DNA of 54,053 nucleotides, counting the filler, from Sphacelaria rigidula (Eukaryota): NCBI GenBank assembly GCA_964200075.2. It is 4 parts of 4 records of this genome, joined end to end, with 100 filler letters (N's around TTAATTAATTAA, not from the genome) between each part and the next. Parts side by side here need not be neighbours in the genome. Positions count along the whole stretch, not along the records: positions 27,082 to 40,518 come from CAXNAA020002886.1; positions 40,619 to 54,053 come from CAXNAA020002887.1; 2 more parts are not named here. One strand, given 5' to 3'. Positions 38,296-50,106 of the stretch are shown in pieces. Position 1 is the first letter of the stretch, and each line of letters begins with the position of its first letter. The notes beneath the pieces were generated by a model, which was not told the DNA's origin, did no database searches, and worked only from the letters and a program-made list of their open reading frames with translations. Position numbers and translations under genes: made by a program.

Positions 38296-40182
38296 GAAAC
38301 CATTGATGGAAACTTGTGCGGCGCCATCACTTGTTTCGGGTCACCTACTACACTTGCGTGTTCATGGATTCTCATTCAGTATCGTTTACTATCCATCGAC
38401 CACGCGGACCCGCGGTCAAAAGCCAGTGCTGTCATGATGAAAGATCTTGCCGTCAGCCATCTTCGTTGAGCCGTAACGGCGGGCACACTTCCTGTCTGTT
38501 TTCAGCACTAATCATCGCCAACTACAACAAATCTCTTGAAGCTTGATCTCTTGTGGTGGTCGCTTCTATAAATCCTGGAGGTCCCGTATTGATGTCCAAC
38601 TGACGGAATGTGCCATGTACGACGTGTCGCTTAGATTCGCGATATAAAGTGTTGGTGATTAAAAGCATACTCCAGCTTTCCCCCCCTACTGTATGTGCAA
38701 TGGTTCCAGCAGCCTCGGCTTCCTGCCGCACCCCACTGCACGAACAGTAGGAACTATATATTTTGGTTTGTTTTCTGATTTTCTCCATTTTGGAGCACGC
38801 TGTACCTGAAATCGGCGAAGCAGCTTTGTTTTTAGAAGAAGCGAGCATTTATTGTAATTCCTGCTTTCATGCAACCGCCAGCCAGCTTGCGCTGCACGGC
38901 GTTGATCGTCCTTTCCGCGATAATGTTTTGTTTGTTTGGTTGAATATCGCACATTAACCAGCCCCCGAGGGACCCGACCATGGTCATCATCCACAAGATA
39001 GACGTTCCCAAGGTGAACAAAACGAAAACACTCGCTGAAGAAAAGTGAAGGAAACAGAAGAGGTACAACAGAAAAATACAGTAGTCTGAAGAATAATAAA
39101 AATGCAGACACCCCCTCACCTTGCTCCGTCTCGAAAGGGATGCGTGGTCAATGGTCAAACAACTAAGGCAAGCAACAAATGAGTACGCCGCCCCCCTCCC
39201 ACCCCCCCTCCCAACATGACGTTAGGTGGAAAAGGTCTTGTGCAAAAGCAAATTCACTCGTACACAATTGAATAGAGAGAAGCTGTGAGAACAGGTTGCG
39301 GCTCAGCTGCGTTGGTCGCACTAATTTGGGTATTCCCATCCATGAACGTTTGGAAGCGATGCACCAAAGTGCGGCTTGCATACACCGGGAGGAAAGCATA
39401 AGCACACGTAAAGATAGGGAAGAGAACAGAGAGAACAGACAAGAATGGAACTGCGGAAGTGATGAAGCCGAAGGATACAGTACAAAAGAACAGGTACAAC
39501 CGCACAACCAGAGGACACTGCAAGACCACCGATCAAAAAAGGTGTTGAAAAATTGCAATGGGGTTTATTCCGTACACCATAGGTGCGCGGACGATTTGCG
39601 CAGGCGTGAAGATTGCTCCTACGACGTCGAGTCGTGGGTGATGTACTGACAGATGAGAAATATGCTGCGTACCAGTGTGTACTTGTACGGAGCTGTTCGT
39701 TCTTTATATCTGTCTCTCATGTACACTCGATATGCCGCAAAATGACAAGTATACATGGTACAGTATATAGGGCAAAATGATAATCTTCCACCGGTTGTCT
39801 GAATCATCATTGAGCACAACTGTACTGTGTCTCCATACATATCGTCAGTAACCTTGATATTTTACGGCGCCATCCATGGTTCGAAATTTCATGTTTTCGG
39901 CAAATTGCTTCTTCTCATCAGTATCATTCCAGCGGACGCACAGAGTACTCCTTGAAAAGTACTTGCCGCGTCGAAGCCTCCTTGGTCCGTCGGGCGAGCC
40001 TTGCCTTTCCTCCACCTTCCCCTTCATGAGCATGAGTACTCCCCCCCCCTTTCTCATTCGAATTGCATGGGTGTGAATACGTAGGAACGGGTTCAACTCT
40101 CCGACGTGCAGGTTCTTGGTAAAAGTTACTCCCTTTTGTTCCCCAGAAACATATGACCCCCTTACCCCCTCACCCCCCCGCG

Positions 40183-40441
40183 CGCGCAAAGGGGATGTTC
40201 GCACTATGTAGTGCTGATATGGTGAGACGCCTATGAGACTGTGAAACTCGTTGTAGGCTGTCATTCATATGCGTGATGAACCAGTACGTTTCGGGCCGAA
40301 CAATCTTGGAAGGATGCAGCTTTACCCTTTTCGCGACTCGCCGAACACATCACGGCGCTTCGCGCTTGGTGATTGATTGCGAGCCTGGTCGGGCGAAAAC
40401 CCGGCGTGCTCCGTCCGGCGCTCTGTAGGGATGCGAGGCGA
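40183..40441 (+). repeat. Dispersed repeat R3, copy 2
   Basis: Matches 29680-29985. Confidence 0.85.
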
Positions 40442-40518
40442 ATGATCTCACAAGTACGGGAGGCGAGATCATGAGTAACTCACGGCTACCCCTCGTCTGC
40501 CGTCTCCGGCTTGAAAAA

Positions 40519-40618
40519 NNNNNNNNNNNNNNNNNNNNNNNNNNNNNNNNNNNNNNNNNNNNTTAATTAATTAANNNNNNNNNNNNNNNNNNNNNNNNNN
40601 NNNNNNNNNNNNNNNNNN
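40519..40618. other. Artificial contig linker
   Basis: N44-TTAATTAATTAA-N44. Confidence 0.98.
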
Positions 40619-40862
40619 ATGTCGTGGGTACACAAAATTCGACTTGACGGTCGACGAGGGAAAGGGACTGCTGAACCCCTTTCGCGAAAAAAAATCAAGG
40701 CAAGTACCGCAGAAGCAGAGTGGGGAACTAAAAACAAATATGAAAAGAACAAGCTCCTATGTTGACCTTCCTCCTGTGTGACCCCGGCTGGTGCGCCCAC
40801 ACATATATACCGAAAGGTGTAGACCGGCGTTCAGAAAAGAAGGTACGACAACACACACACAT
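40619..40862 (+). mobile_element. 3' body of a SINE, same family as 48196-48525
   Basis: Shares GTACACAAAA..GACTT...AGGGACTG.TGAAC...GGCAAG.ACCGCAGAAG...CCGAAAGGTGTAGACCGGCGT...ACGACAACACAC. Confidence 0.85.
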
Positions 40863-41787
40863 CAGACGTTTTTCTCGCGGGGGGTATTCGTCCATGTGGT
40901 CCGTCATAATCACAGTATATGCAGTCGTGTTCTTTTCGCTTACTCAAGTTCTATAGCTTTTTTCGTGAAATATCGAATGTTGTATAGGTATATGTTGGAG
41001 CGAATTTCAACCAACAGTTGTACATAGAGATATTTTGTCAGCTTTAAAAAAAAAATCACAACGCATTATCTGTGACACATTCGGGTCTTCCGCGTTCTTC
41101 ACACTTTTAATACGTGGAACAAAATTCAGTGTGTTTCATCCACCATTTCGCGTTCTCAACGTTCGCGTTCCTTAATACCCATCATTCCACACCCATGCCA
41201 GATCTTTCTTGTTCTACTGATCACATATAGCACAGTTTCATAACCAATACACACGTCAGATCTCTGGCTCAACCTCTTGGTAGGAGTCATACCCTCTACC
41301 ATCTCCCGGTTGAGATTATTTCCTTTCCACGCCTTTCGTGGAGGACGGGGTCGATCCTTTTATGACTTACACATGAGTAATTTATGAAATGAAATTAATT
41401 TAAATGTTATTGCCCCCACCTAGTTTTGGAATTACTGAGCTAAAACCTGCATGTGCATGTTTATACCCATTGCGCAAACAGTGGTGCTATGTATGACTTT
41501 CATATTGTCCCGACTTGACGTCCTACTTCTTCGAAACAGACCAGAAGTCTTAACCAACCACTGAATCACCACTAAATCAGCATGTGTGAAGGCTTATAGC
41601 TCTGGAACTGAGTATGGTAAAAGCTTGGGAAAGCGTATCGTGTTTTCCATGGGGCAAAATTAGATTCCAAAGGGTAGCCCATGAGTGAATGATTGCACGA
41701 CGCCCCAATTGTACAACACGACAGTTTTTGTCGGAGCCCAAATTTTGGGGGCGGGCACTCCACGTCCAACTTATTAAGCTACCATGA

Positions 41788-42773
41788 CTAGTCAGACCTC
41801 CACGACTGAAGTTGGTTCACATGTCGAGAATATCTTACTGGACTTGGGGCAGGGGTATACTGTATTGCACTGTATTGCACTCTACTGCACTGTACTGTGA
41901 TTTCGAGAAGTTGGTGGGAGTTGATGCGGTGAGCAACGCCGGCGGAACGGCTGTTCGGAGTTCCCTGGGCCACCCCAAGCCTAATAGAAGCGATGTAGGA
42001 CAACATCAGCCCACCAGACGAGTTAGTCACATACAATAACGTCACTCCTGCAGCTGTCGCACAGGTATTCAGGGTGCTTCTCCGGTAGTTTTGCATCTTG
42101 TCGAATACTCGTGCAAGAGCGAAAACAGGGAGGTGCAAGTGGAACTTGGTGATGTGCCGGTTCTTGTGTAGGATGGAGTTCATAGCACTCACAGCGGGAA
42201 AGTGTCCGGTGGATCTATCCAGAACCCTGTGACAGATCTGTCCTAAGAGTGCGCATCAGCCAACGCTTGCGATGCACCGAATGGCCATTTTCAGGCACTC
42301 GCACAGAGATTCGCGGCCGCAGGTGAAATGCGGCGACACCTGGCCATTTAGCTCCGCGTGCAGAAGGACCATACCGCACCGACTACGGGGGAAATTTTCA
42401 CAGTCGTAGTAGCGTTCGAAGGGGTTTGGACACGCCGCTGTACGTACAATATTTTCGGGCGAGCTCCTATCTTTCATTTTCCCCTCGGGCCCCACAAGCT
42501 CGACAGTAGTTGCTGTAGCTCTGTTTCTACCCGGTATAGTAAACCAGGCAGCTCAAGAATCCGCTGGGTAAATGTCGAGGTTGTCGGTTTCTGCCGTGGG
42601 GTACTCGGGGCAATTGAACGCGGCTTTGAGAAGAACACAGCTGGGAAGACCGGAAACATGACTGAACATGATTGTTTTACGGATGAACACACACAAGGCA
42701 AACAACGGCACGAGCCCCCTGCGCTACAATCAAAAGTAGTGTGACCAGCATGCGGCTGTTTATGTATCGCCAC
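41788..42773 (-). pseudogene. Decayed coding region, possibly a transposase remnant
   Basis: ORFs 42256-42495 and 41788-42192 lie in the same frame and are separated by one stop; a Cys/His-rich upstream segment (42474-42773) is joined by a frameshift. Confidence 0.35.
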
Positions 42774-44639
42774 CTTCTCCTATTTCGTGGGGTTAGGTGT
42801 GGCTCTGGCGGTGAACATGGGGATCTGTTGCACTGAGTAGGGAGGGTGCAAGCGCTGGAACGAACAGTGGAGCAGAGCTGGTTGCATTACAGGAAGCTGT
42901 ACAGCTGCACCTTTGCAGTACGTCAAATATACGTAGGGGTCCGCGAGGTCTGCAGCCATGCTGTTGCTCCGGTGTCGGGGTCTCTGACCACGACCATGCC
43001 AGACGCTGGCAATTGTGCATGGAGTATTTTTCTGTGTGGGGACGTATAATCGAACTGTACTGTACGGCGCCGTCTAAGCACCGCCATGCTTGAACATGTG
43101 TGCGAGTTTATGCGTCTGCGGGAGTTGTTGATGTTCGCTATGCAAAAGATTCTGTGCAGTTCGACTGAAATCTTCGGTGTCCTCATACGGGTCCCTGGCA
43201 TGCAGTGATGCAGCTATATCTGTGCATGGTAGCTCGATTCAAAATATCAGAACTCGAGAGATATGCGGGGCGAAATCATTGGTTCTGGCTGACGGAAAGC
43301 TGGGGACCTCACTCTAATTTTGCTATACAAAAGAGCCGTTGTTGTCTCGGCGTATCGAGTACGTCCCCGTCAGAATCGCCTTCCTGCTTGCCATCCGTGA
43401 CGTGGCGAGTTCTGGCTCCACCCAGCAGCCACTGCGAAACCGTGGGGTACCTCGGCAACCTACTGTACTGGAGTTCGAGTCAGGTTGCTACGCATTTGGC
43501 ACTGCTGCCCTGAAATATAGAGTAACCACGTTGTATTTCTATAGAAAACGTCGAAACATTTTGTGAATCAGCGAGAATGTAATTGAAAACATGGAACCAA
43601 CTGTCCTTGACGCAGAAGTTTCAGCTTTCTTGACCTAGACCTTGACGGATGCATGGGGCAAAGTCTGTTCTTTCTGCTTGTCAGCACGCGAGGTGCGGGT
43701 GAGGGAGGACACTTTCTTGGCTGATGAGTAATAATGCCGAACTTTTGGGAGTGCCCTTCTGGGACCCCCGGAAACTTGCGAAAGATGAAAATCGCAACAC
43801 CCCATTCAAACCAGTTTGTGTGCAAAGGTTTGGAGTCTAACTTCAACAATCAGCGCGAACTTTTGAGGACGAGAGAATAGTGGGTGATGAGCATGAAGCA
43901 GCCTGTAGAGCACTTGAGTGTGCGTCATCCTGTCGGTTTGATGTCAACACCTTCAAGCAAACTCACATCAGCACGATGCCGCTAGGCTGGAATCGTGGGG
44001 GTGAAAAACCTTGCTACCTATCGTTCGTACGGGATCATGAATTCAAACACATGCGAGGAAAGTGTGCACTTGCAGGGTGTAGGAGAAACACGCCATTATC
44101 TGTATCGTCTATTTTGACTGCCTGTCCGCGTCGGTTCGTGCAGACGTGACGACCGTTTATAACATGTACCAAAAGCCGCACACAACAAAATAACACCGAG
44201 CTGGTGGTAATCTGACCCTGCCTCCAGTCCGTCCTTGACGTAACCTTTTTCTATTTCCATTTTCCGTCCGTAGGCCAACATATCTCAACGTTCAAGACGT
44301 GACCGCGGAGATATTTCCTAGATCTTGACCCCAAACACCGATGGGCACTAAAATCATGTGAACGTGACGTTGGTAATCCAACGCTTCTTGGTCAGGATAG
44401 GTGGCAAACACAACAGCGTCGCGGGTATTCGTGTCCTTGGAGCTCGTCTGGACAATGACTCCTTACGCACACTGTAACGCACGTCTATGCATCTATTTGC
44501 TTGTTCTTGGTATGAGATAATTTGCCTTGTGAACTCCGCGTTGAGCTCAGTACGAGACTCCGAAAATTGACGTGAAATACATTCACTTTTGTGTGATCAA
44601 GGTAGCTGGAAACATACACATTCCTCACTCCTTGATTTT

Positions 44640-44960
44640 TGTCTAAAAATGTCTTTTTCAGGTATGTTCAAATGCGAGAAAAAGTGCATGAGGTTCTCGA
44701 GTTGCGCAACCAAACTTTGTACATGTGTTCCTTGAACTATCCTGGGACGCATGATTTTTTTCTCTTGTATTCTGAGGCATCATGCACCGGCTTCCGAGGG
44801 TCCCAGCGTGAAGACCCCCGGAAGCCGGTATAGAGCAGAGAAACTTTGGATCATTTCAACAATACTTCTTCCATTTTAAGTATCAATACCTCCGGAACTA
44901 CCAAGTTTGAGGACAATCTGAGCTTTCCTACGACAGTTATAAGAGAAATCGTCAGGGGGC
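44640..44960 (+). repeat. Dispersed repeat family R1, copy 2
   Basis: Aligns with 53740-54053 and the reverse complement of 20950-21255. Confidence 0.8.
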
Positions 44961-46587
44961 TTTCTGGGTCTTTTGTGCATATCATCGGTGGAAATTCGAC
45001 GACGCCAAAGTCCCACTTCACCAAAATACCACAGTTTTGGGTGTAACTCGAGCCCATTGTACACCATTTTCGAATCTGTGTTTTAGTCAGATTCCCAAGC
45101 TGATGGCGGGTACTACGATTTGAAACACGTGGAGATTGAATACAAATTGGTTGAGAGTTCGTGTTTTCAATCCCAAAACAATTTCAAGGGCGCTCATTGG
45201 TCGAGGTACCTTTTCGCCCTTAGTGCCACCGCTACGGCCTTGAACGCAAATCTGGCCTTGAACACACATCCGGCTGTCACCCTCTTCGTTTGTTCGTTTC
45301 GGTCAATATGATACCATATATGCGACGATTGGGTAGGAATTGCGGGAGACATTCGCTGATGACACATCTTTGGGTGATTAGCGTGAACCAGCCTGTAGTT
45401 CGGTACAGACGGTCATTGTTGCTAGAGACGGCACGCTACCCGGAACACGAAGCTGCAAGAGGACGACAATGTCATTCTCAGTACCATTAGCGCCACTGCT
45501 GACGTTAATAATTGGCGATGTTGATGCCCTATGGAATCACGGGTACAGCTTCCAAAACTGCTCGGAAGGCAGGTACCGCCACCATCCGCGTGGCATTTGG
45601 CATGAATGCTCTGGGCATCAATATATACTGGAGGTAGCCCTTCGCTCGTTGGCGAGGCGAGTGTCACCATACCCTACACTGACTAGGTGGTCGGAGCATA
45701 CACCATCCCCTCATTGTCAGCGAATTTTACCCTGACTCAGTCACCCACACGATGTTCATATTTCCGATCTCAGGTGTAAACAAGTGAAGAACATCACAGG
45801 AGCTTTTTTACGTGTGCCTAACATTGTGACCTCCAGTATAGAGTTGCTGGTGTGAAAAGCTGGACGATGATGGGTACTTGCGATACGATTTCAGCCGCAG
45901 ACGGTTCCAAAGTTGTACGGAGTGGCGTCGCTGAGGCCGGTGTGGACACGGTAGCAGGTGAGGCGGGTCTCGACAAGCAATGGAATGTGTGCATGTCATT
46001 GAGAACATAACGCATGCAGTTGACACCATTGTACAAGGCCTACAGCTGAGCGCATTGTTGCATTCTCGAGCACGAACGATTACGCGCGAAAGTAGTTTCA
46101 TTCATTTTGCAATTTGCGGTCGATGGGCGTACCAACGCGCATACAACAGTAATCAAGTGCGCATGTTCGACAGGCCGCAGATACACAACACAGCGAACTA
46201 AACGTCCAGTCTACCTCATCGCGTATGATCAAACCTGCAGTGAGTTGAAGTGGTGGGAATATCGCGTGTCACCATGGGCAATTCGAAAGTGGTCCGACGA
46301 TGAATTTACATTACCCTTGCCCCCAGGCACGTGGTGTCGGAAAATGGTTGAGGAATACCTACGATGATTTCCCATCATTCTGTCCCGTTCTTCGCCGTAC
46401 GTGCAGTATTTTTACCGACCTAGGTTGCGTCATGAGCTCGCGATGAATCGGGCGTTTTCGATTCTTAATGATTTACTCAAGTTAAACCGGCAAGTACTCG
46501 TTCCGTAATTTCGCCCCAGGCAGCGACCTTTGTCTGGAGGCTTTCATCATTGCCCTCAACCAGACCTCCCTCACGGGTGAGCTGTAC

Positions 46588-47607
46588 TTGCCGACGAAGC
46601 AGTTACAGCTGGCTTCACTACAGCTCTGCATCGCTTGTCGCAGCCTTTGCACCCTGCGTGTGACATGTGATGGATCTACACCGCGCAGGCTATGGACGGA
46701 TAACGCCGAGCAATCTCCGACTTTTATAGCTGATAGTAGGGGCCGCACTGGTGGAACTCGAGTGCCGTCATTACGAGCACGTAGCGTTGTCTGGATGTCG
46801 ACTGCTGATGCAGCGCTCATGTCTTGCGAGACCAACCGCTTGGCCAATGTGCAAAGCGTGTTCTTTGACGAGTTCAATCGTAGTCTGGACTATGTGGTCT
46901 GGCCACCGCAACTCAGGAAGATTGTGTTTTCGAGGAGCTACGTAGTGGAGGGTTTTAATCAACCGATTTCGAAAGTGGTTTGGCCTGTGTCGTTGCAGCA
47001 GCTGATGTTTGGGAAAGCCTTCAACCAGCCGATCGAGGGTGTAGCATGGCCTGCGACGTTGCAGCAGCTGGCGCTCGGAGTGGACTTCAACCGGCCGATC
47101 GAGGATGTGACATGGCCTACGTCGCTGCAGCAGCTGACGTTCGGAATTAGCTTCAACCAGCCGGTCGGGGATGTGACATGGCCTACGTCACTGCAGCAGC
47201 TGACATTCGGATATTCCTTCAACCAACCGATCCGGGGTGCCTCATGGCCTGCGTCGCTGCAGCAGCTAACGTTCGGATATTCCTTCAACCAGGCGATCGG
47301 GGGTGTGGTATGGCCTGCGTCGCTGCAGCAGCTGTCTTTCGGGAAAAATTTCAACCAGCCGATCGAGGATGTGGCATGGCCTCCGTCGCTGCAGCAGCTG
47401 ACGTTCGGAAAATACTTCAACCAGCCGATCGAGGGTGTGGCATGGCCTGCGTCGCTGCAGCAGCTGACGTTCGGAGAATACTTTAACCAGCCGATCGGGG
47501 GCGTGGCATGGCCTGCGCCGCTGCAGCAGCTGACGTTCAGAAAACACTTCAACCAGCCGATCGGGTGTGTGGCATGGCCTGCGTCGCTGCAGCTGCTGAT
47601 GTCCTGA
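46588..47607 (+). CDS. FNIP-repeat protein (11 in-frame 22-aa repeats), probably prematurely terminated
   Basis: 66-bp tandem unit encoding FNQPIxGVxWPxSLQQLTFGxx. The repeats continue past the stop at 47605-47607, and the true start is unclear. Confidence 0.85.
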   Translation: MPTKQLQLASLQLCIACRSLCTLRVTCDGSTPRRLWTDNAEQSPTFIADSRGRTGGTRVPSLRARSVVWMSTADAALMSCETNRLANVQSVFFDEFNRSLDYVVWPPQLRKIVFSRSYVVEGFNQPISKVVWPVSLQQLMFGKAFNQPIEGVAWPATLQQLALGVDFNRPIEDVTWPTSLQQLTFGISFNQPVGDVTWPTSLQQLTFGYSFNQPIRGASWPASLQQLTFGYSFNQAIGGVVWPASLQQLSFGKNFNQPIEDVAWPPSLQQLTFGKYFNQPIEGVAWPASLQQLTFGEYFNQPIGGVAWPAPLQQLTFRKHFNQPIGCVAWPASLQLLMS

Positions 47608-47860
47608 TACTCCTTCATCCAGCCGATCGGAGGTGTGCAATACCCTGCGTCGCTGCGGCAGCTGACGTTCGGGAAACATACAGCCAGCCGATCGAGGGTC
47701 TGGTATGGCCTGCTTCGCTGCAGCGGCCGACGTTCGAAGTTAGCTTCAACCGGGCGATTGAGGGTGTGGCATGGCCTGCGCCGCTGCAGCAGCTGGCGTC
47801 GGATAGCACTTCAACCAACCGATCGAGGGTGTGTCATAGCCTGCGTTGCTGCGGTGATTG
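47608..47860 (+). pseudogene. About 4 degenerate FNIP repeats
   Basis: Same 66-bp unit with frameshifts and stops. Confidence 0.85.
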
Positions 47861-48195
47861 ACGTGCGGGGTAGCCTCCCGTTGGAATATTCAAATAAAAC
47901 ACAACGAATTAGCGATACGACTCGTTACGTTTCAGCTTAGCAGTTACGGTAATCATTAGGTTGAAAGAGAGTGGACATCTAATATGTAGAAAGTTAAGAT
48001 AAAACAGGTCAGACCCAAAGGCGCATAGTAACGAAGGCTTGGACACAAAAATACCTAGGAGACAAATAATTCGCGACCAATAGGTCGAGTACAGAAGTGT
48101 CGAAGCAATGAAAAGTCAATCGTACAGTCTCGAGAACGTAGTCAGTCGTGAGGTCCTGAGACGAAGACTCTGTTGAGAAAGATGAAAACGTGGTC

Positions 48196-48525
48196 GCCCC
48201 GGTGGCTCAGTTGGTAACCTCGAAGCCTTCTGACGGTTGGGTCGTGGGTTCGAATCTCGGAGCGATCTGGGATTTTTCTCACACAATATCCAATAGTGGA
48301 GAGCGACTATGCCGTGGTACACAAAACGTGACTTCATGGTCTACGAGGGGTAGGGACTGTTGAACACCTCTCGCGATAAAAAATAAAGGCAAGCACCGCA
48401 GAAGAAAGTGGAGAACTGAGAAAAAAAATCCCGTGTTGGCCTTCTTCCTGTGTGTCCCCGGCTTGTGCACCCACATATCCGAAAGGTGTAGACCGGCGTC
48501 CAAAATAAATGGGACGACAACACAC
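48196..48525 (+). mobile_element. Apparently full-length tRNA-derived SINE between the two FNIP blocks
   Basis: A box TGGCTCAGTTGG (48203), B box GGTTCGAATCT (48247), body shared with 40619-40862, and an ACAACACAC tail. Confidence 0.85.
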
Positions 48526-48811
48526 TAGTCCCTACTGTCATCACTCTTCTGACTCTCTATGTTCATCAACTCTTCATCAGCTTCCTGTTTTGAGAAGGAA
48601 CTGAGTGTTTTATTCTGTGTTGGCCAAATAAGCGCCTGTCAAAACTGCCGACTTCTTTAATTTACTGCAGGGCGCACGTGTGCTTCACCGCCACTGTGCA
48701 CGCCCTGCGGTGTCCTCATCACTGATATAGTCGAAATAGCTCCTGCATGTGGGACAGTTGAGCGACTGAGCCTGTATTTTGTCTTCAGAAGGCTAGATTA
48801 TTTCCATTAGC

Positions 48812-49690
48812 TTCAGGCAACCGATTGAGGGTGTGGCATGGCCTTTGTCGTTGCGGCAGCTGGCGTTCGGGGAACATTGCAACCAGCCAATCGAGTATGT
48901 GGTGAGACCTGCGTTGCTGCAGTTGACTTTCGGGGAACACTGCAACCAGCTTATCGAGGGTGTGGCATAGCTTGTGTCGCTGCAGAAGCTGGTGTTCGGA
49001 AAATACTTTCAAGCAGCCGATCGAGGGCAAGGCGAGGCCTACGTCGCTGCAGCAGCTGACTTTGGGAAAATACTTCAACCAGCCGATCGAGGGTGTGGCA
49101 TGGCCTACATCGCTGCAGCAGCTGACATTCGGATATTCCTTCAATCTACCGATCGAGGGTGTGGGATAGCCTACGTCGCTGCATCAGCTGGCGCTCGGGA
49201 AACACTTCAACAAGCCGATCGAGGGTGTGGCATGCCCTGCGTCACTGCAGCAGCTGACGTTCGGAATTAAGTTCAACCAGCGGATTGAGGGTGTGGCACG
49301 GCCTGCGTCGCTGCAGCAGCTGGCGTCCAGAAAACACTTCAACCAGCCAATCGAGGATGTGGCATGACCTGTGTCGCTGCAGCAGCTAACGTTAGGAAAA
49401 TATTTCGACCAGCCGATCGAGGCTATGTCATGGCGTGTGTTGCTGCAGCAACTGACGGTCGGATATTTCTTCAACCAGCCGACCAGTAGTGTGGTTTATC
49501 CTGCGCCGCTTCAGCAGGTGAGGGCCGGAGATTACGTCAACCGGCCGATCGAGGGCCGACTGAGGGTGTGGCATGACCTACATCGTTGCATCAGCTGACT
49601 TTGGGGAATTTCTTCAATCAGGTGATCGAGGGTGTGGGATAGCCTTCGTTGCAGCAGCTGACGTTCGGAAGACACTTTAACCCGCCGATT
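48812..49690 (+). pseudogene. Second block of about 13 degenerate FNIP repeats
   Basis: 66-bp units (TTCAACCAGCCGATCGAGGGTGTGGCATGGCCT...GCTGCAGCAGCTGAC) with in-frame TAG/TGA at several W positions. Confidence 0.88.
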
Positions 49691-49902
49691 GTGTGTGCAT
49701 CAGGACAACATGAGTTTTTTGAATTCGTACCTCTCGGCGCCTTCTTTGGATTATCCCTCGCCAACGCTGCAGCTGATAAGTTCCAGTGCCCGTAACGTCT
49801 TCCCGCGACAATGGGAAATATATTTTCTCGACTATGACAAAGAAGCTATGATCGCGCTGAGAGTCGAACTCGGGTTCACTTCTACGGAAGAGGCGATTCC
49901 GC

Positions 49903-50106
49903 TGTAATGCGTGAGAGGGCCGCGTGCTTCGGGGACCGCGCCCTAGTTCAAAACACCTCAGGATCGACGTTTTTCAAAGCCAATAAGGCGAATCCCTGCA
50001 GGACCACGCTCCTGACCCTAACGCCAAAACTAACCCTAACCCTAACCATCGGGGTGTTTCAATTTTGATGCGGTCCCCGAAGCACGCGGTCCTCTCACGC
50101 ATTACA
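49903..50106. mobile_element. 204-bp MITE with TGT...ACA ends, ~37-bp TIRs, 4-bp TSD (CCGC) and internal (CCCTAA)n
   Basis: TGTAATGCGTGAGAGGGCCGCGTGCTTCGGGGACCGC / GCGGTCCCCGAAGCACGCGGTCCTCTCACGCATTACA; CCGC at 49899-49902 and 50107-50110. Confidence 0.9.

Noticed and set aside
46959-47618. 219-aa Cys/His-rich antisense ORF (and similar ORFs at 48785-49474)
   Set aside because: It is a shadow of the FNIP repeat on the opposite strand.
48196-48270. Possible tRNA gene
   Set aside because: No cloverleaf forms, and it is contiguous with a repeated SINE body also seen at 40619.
46873-49690. CRISPR-like array
   Set aside because: The units are contiguous 66-bp coding repeats with no unique spacers, there are no cas genes, and the context is eukaryotic.
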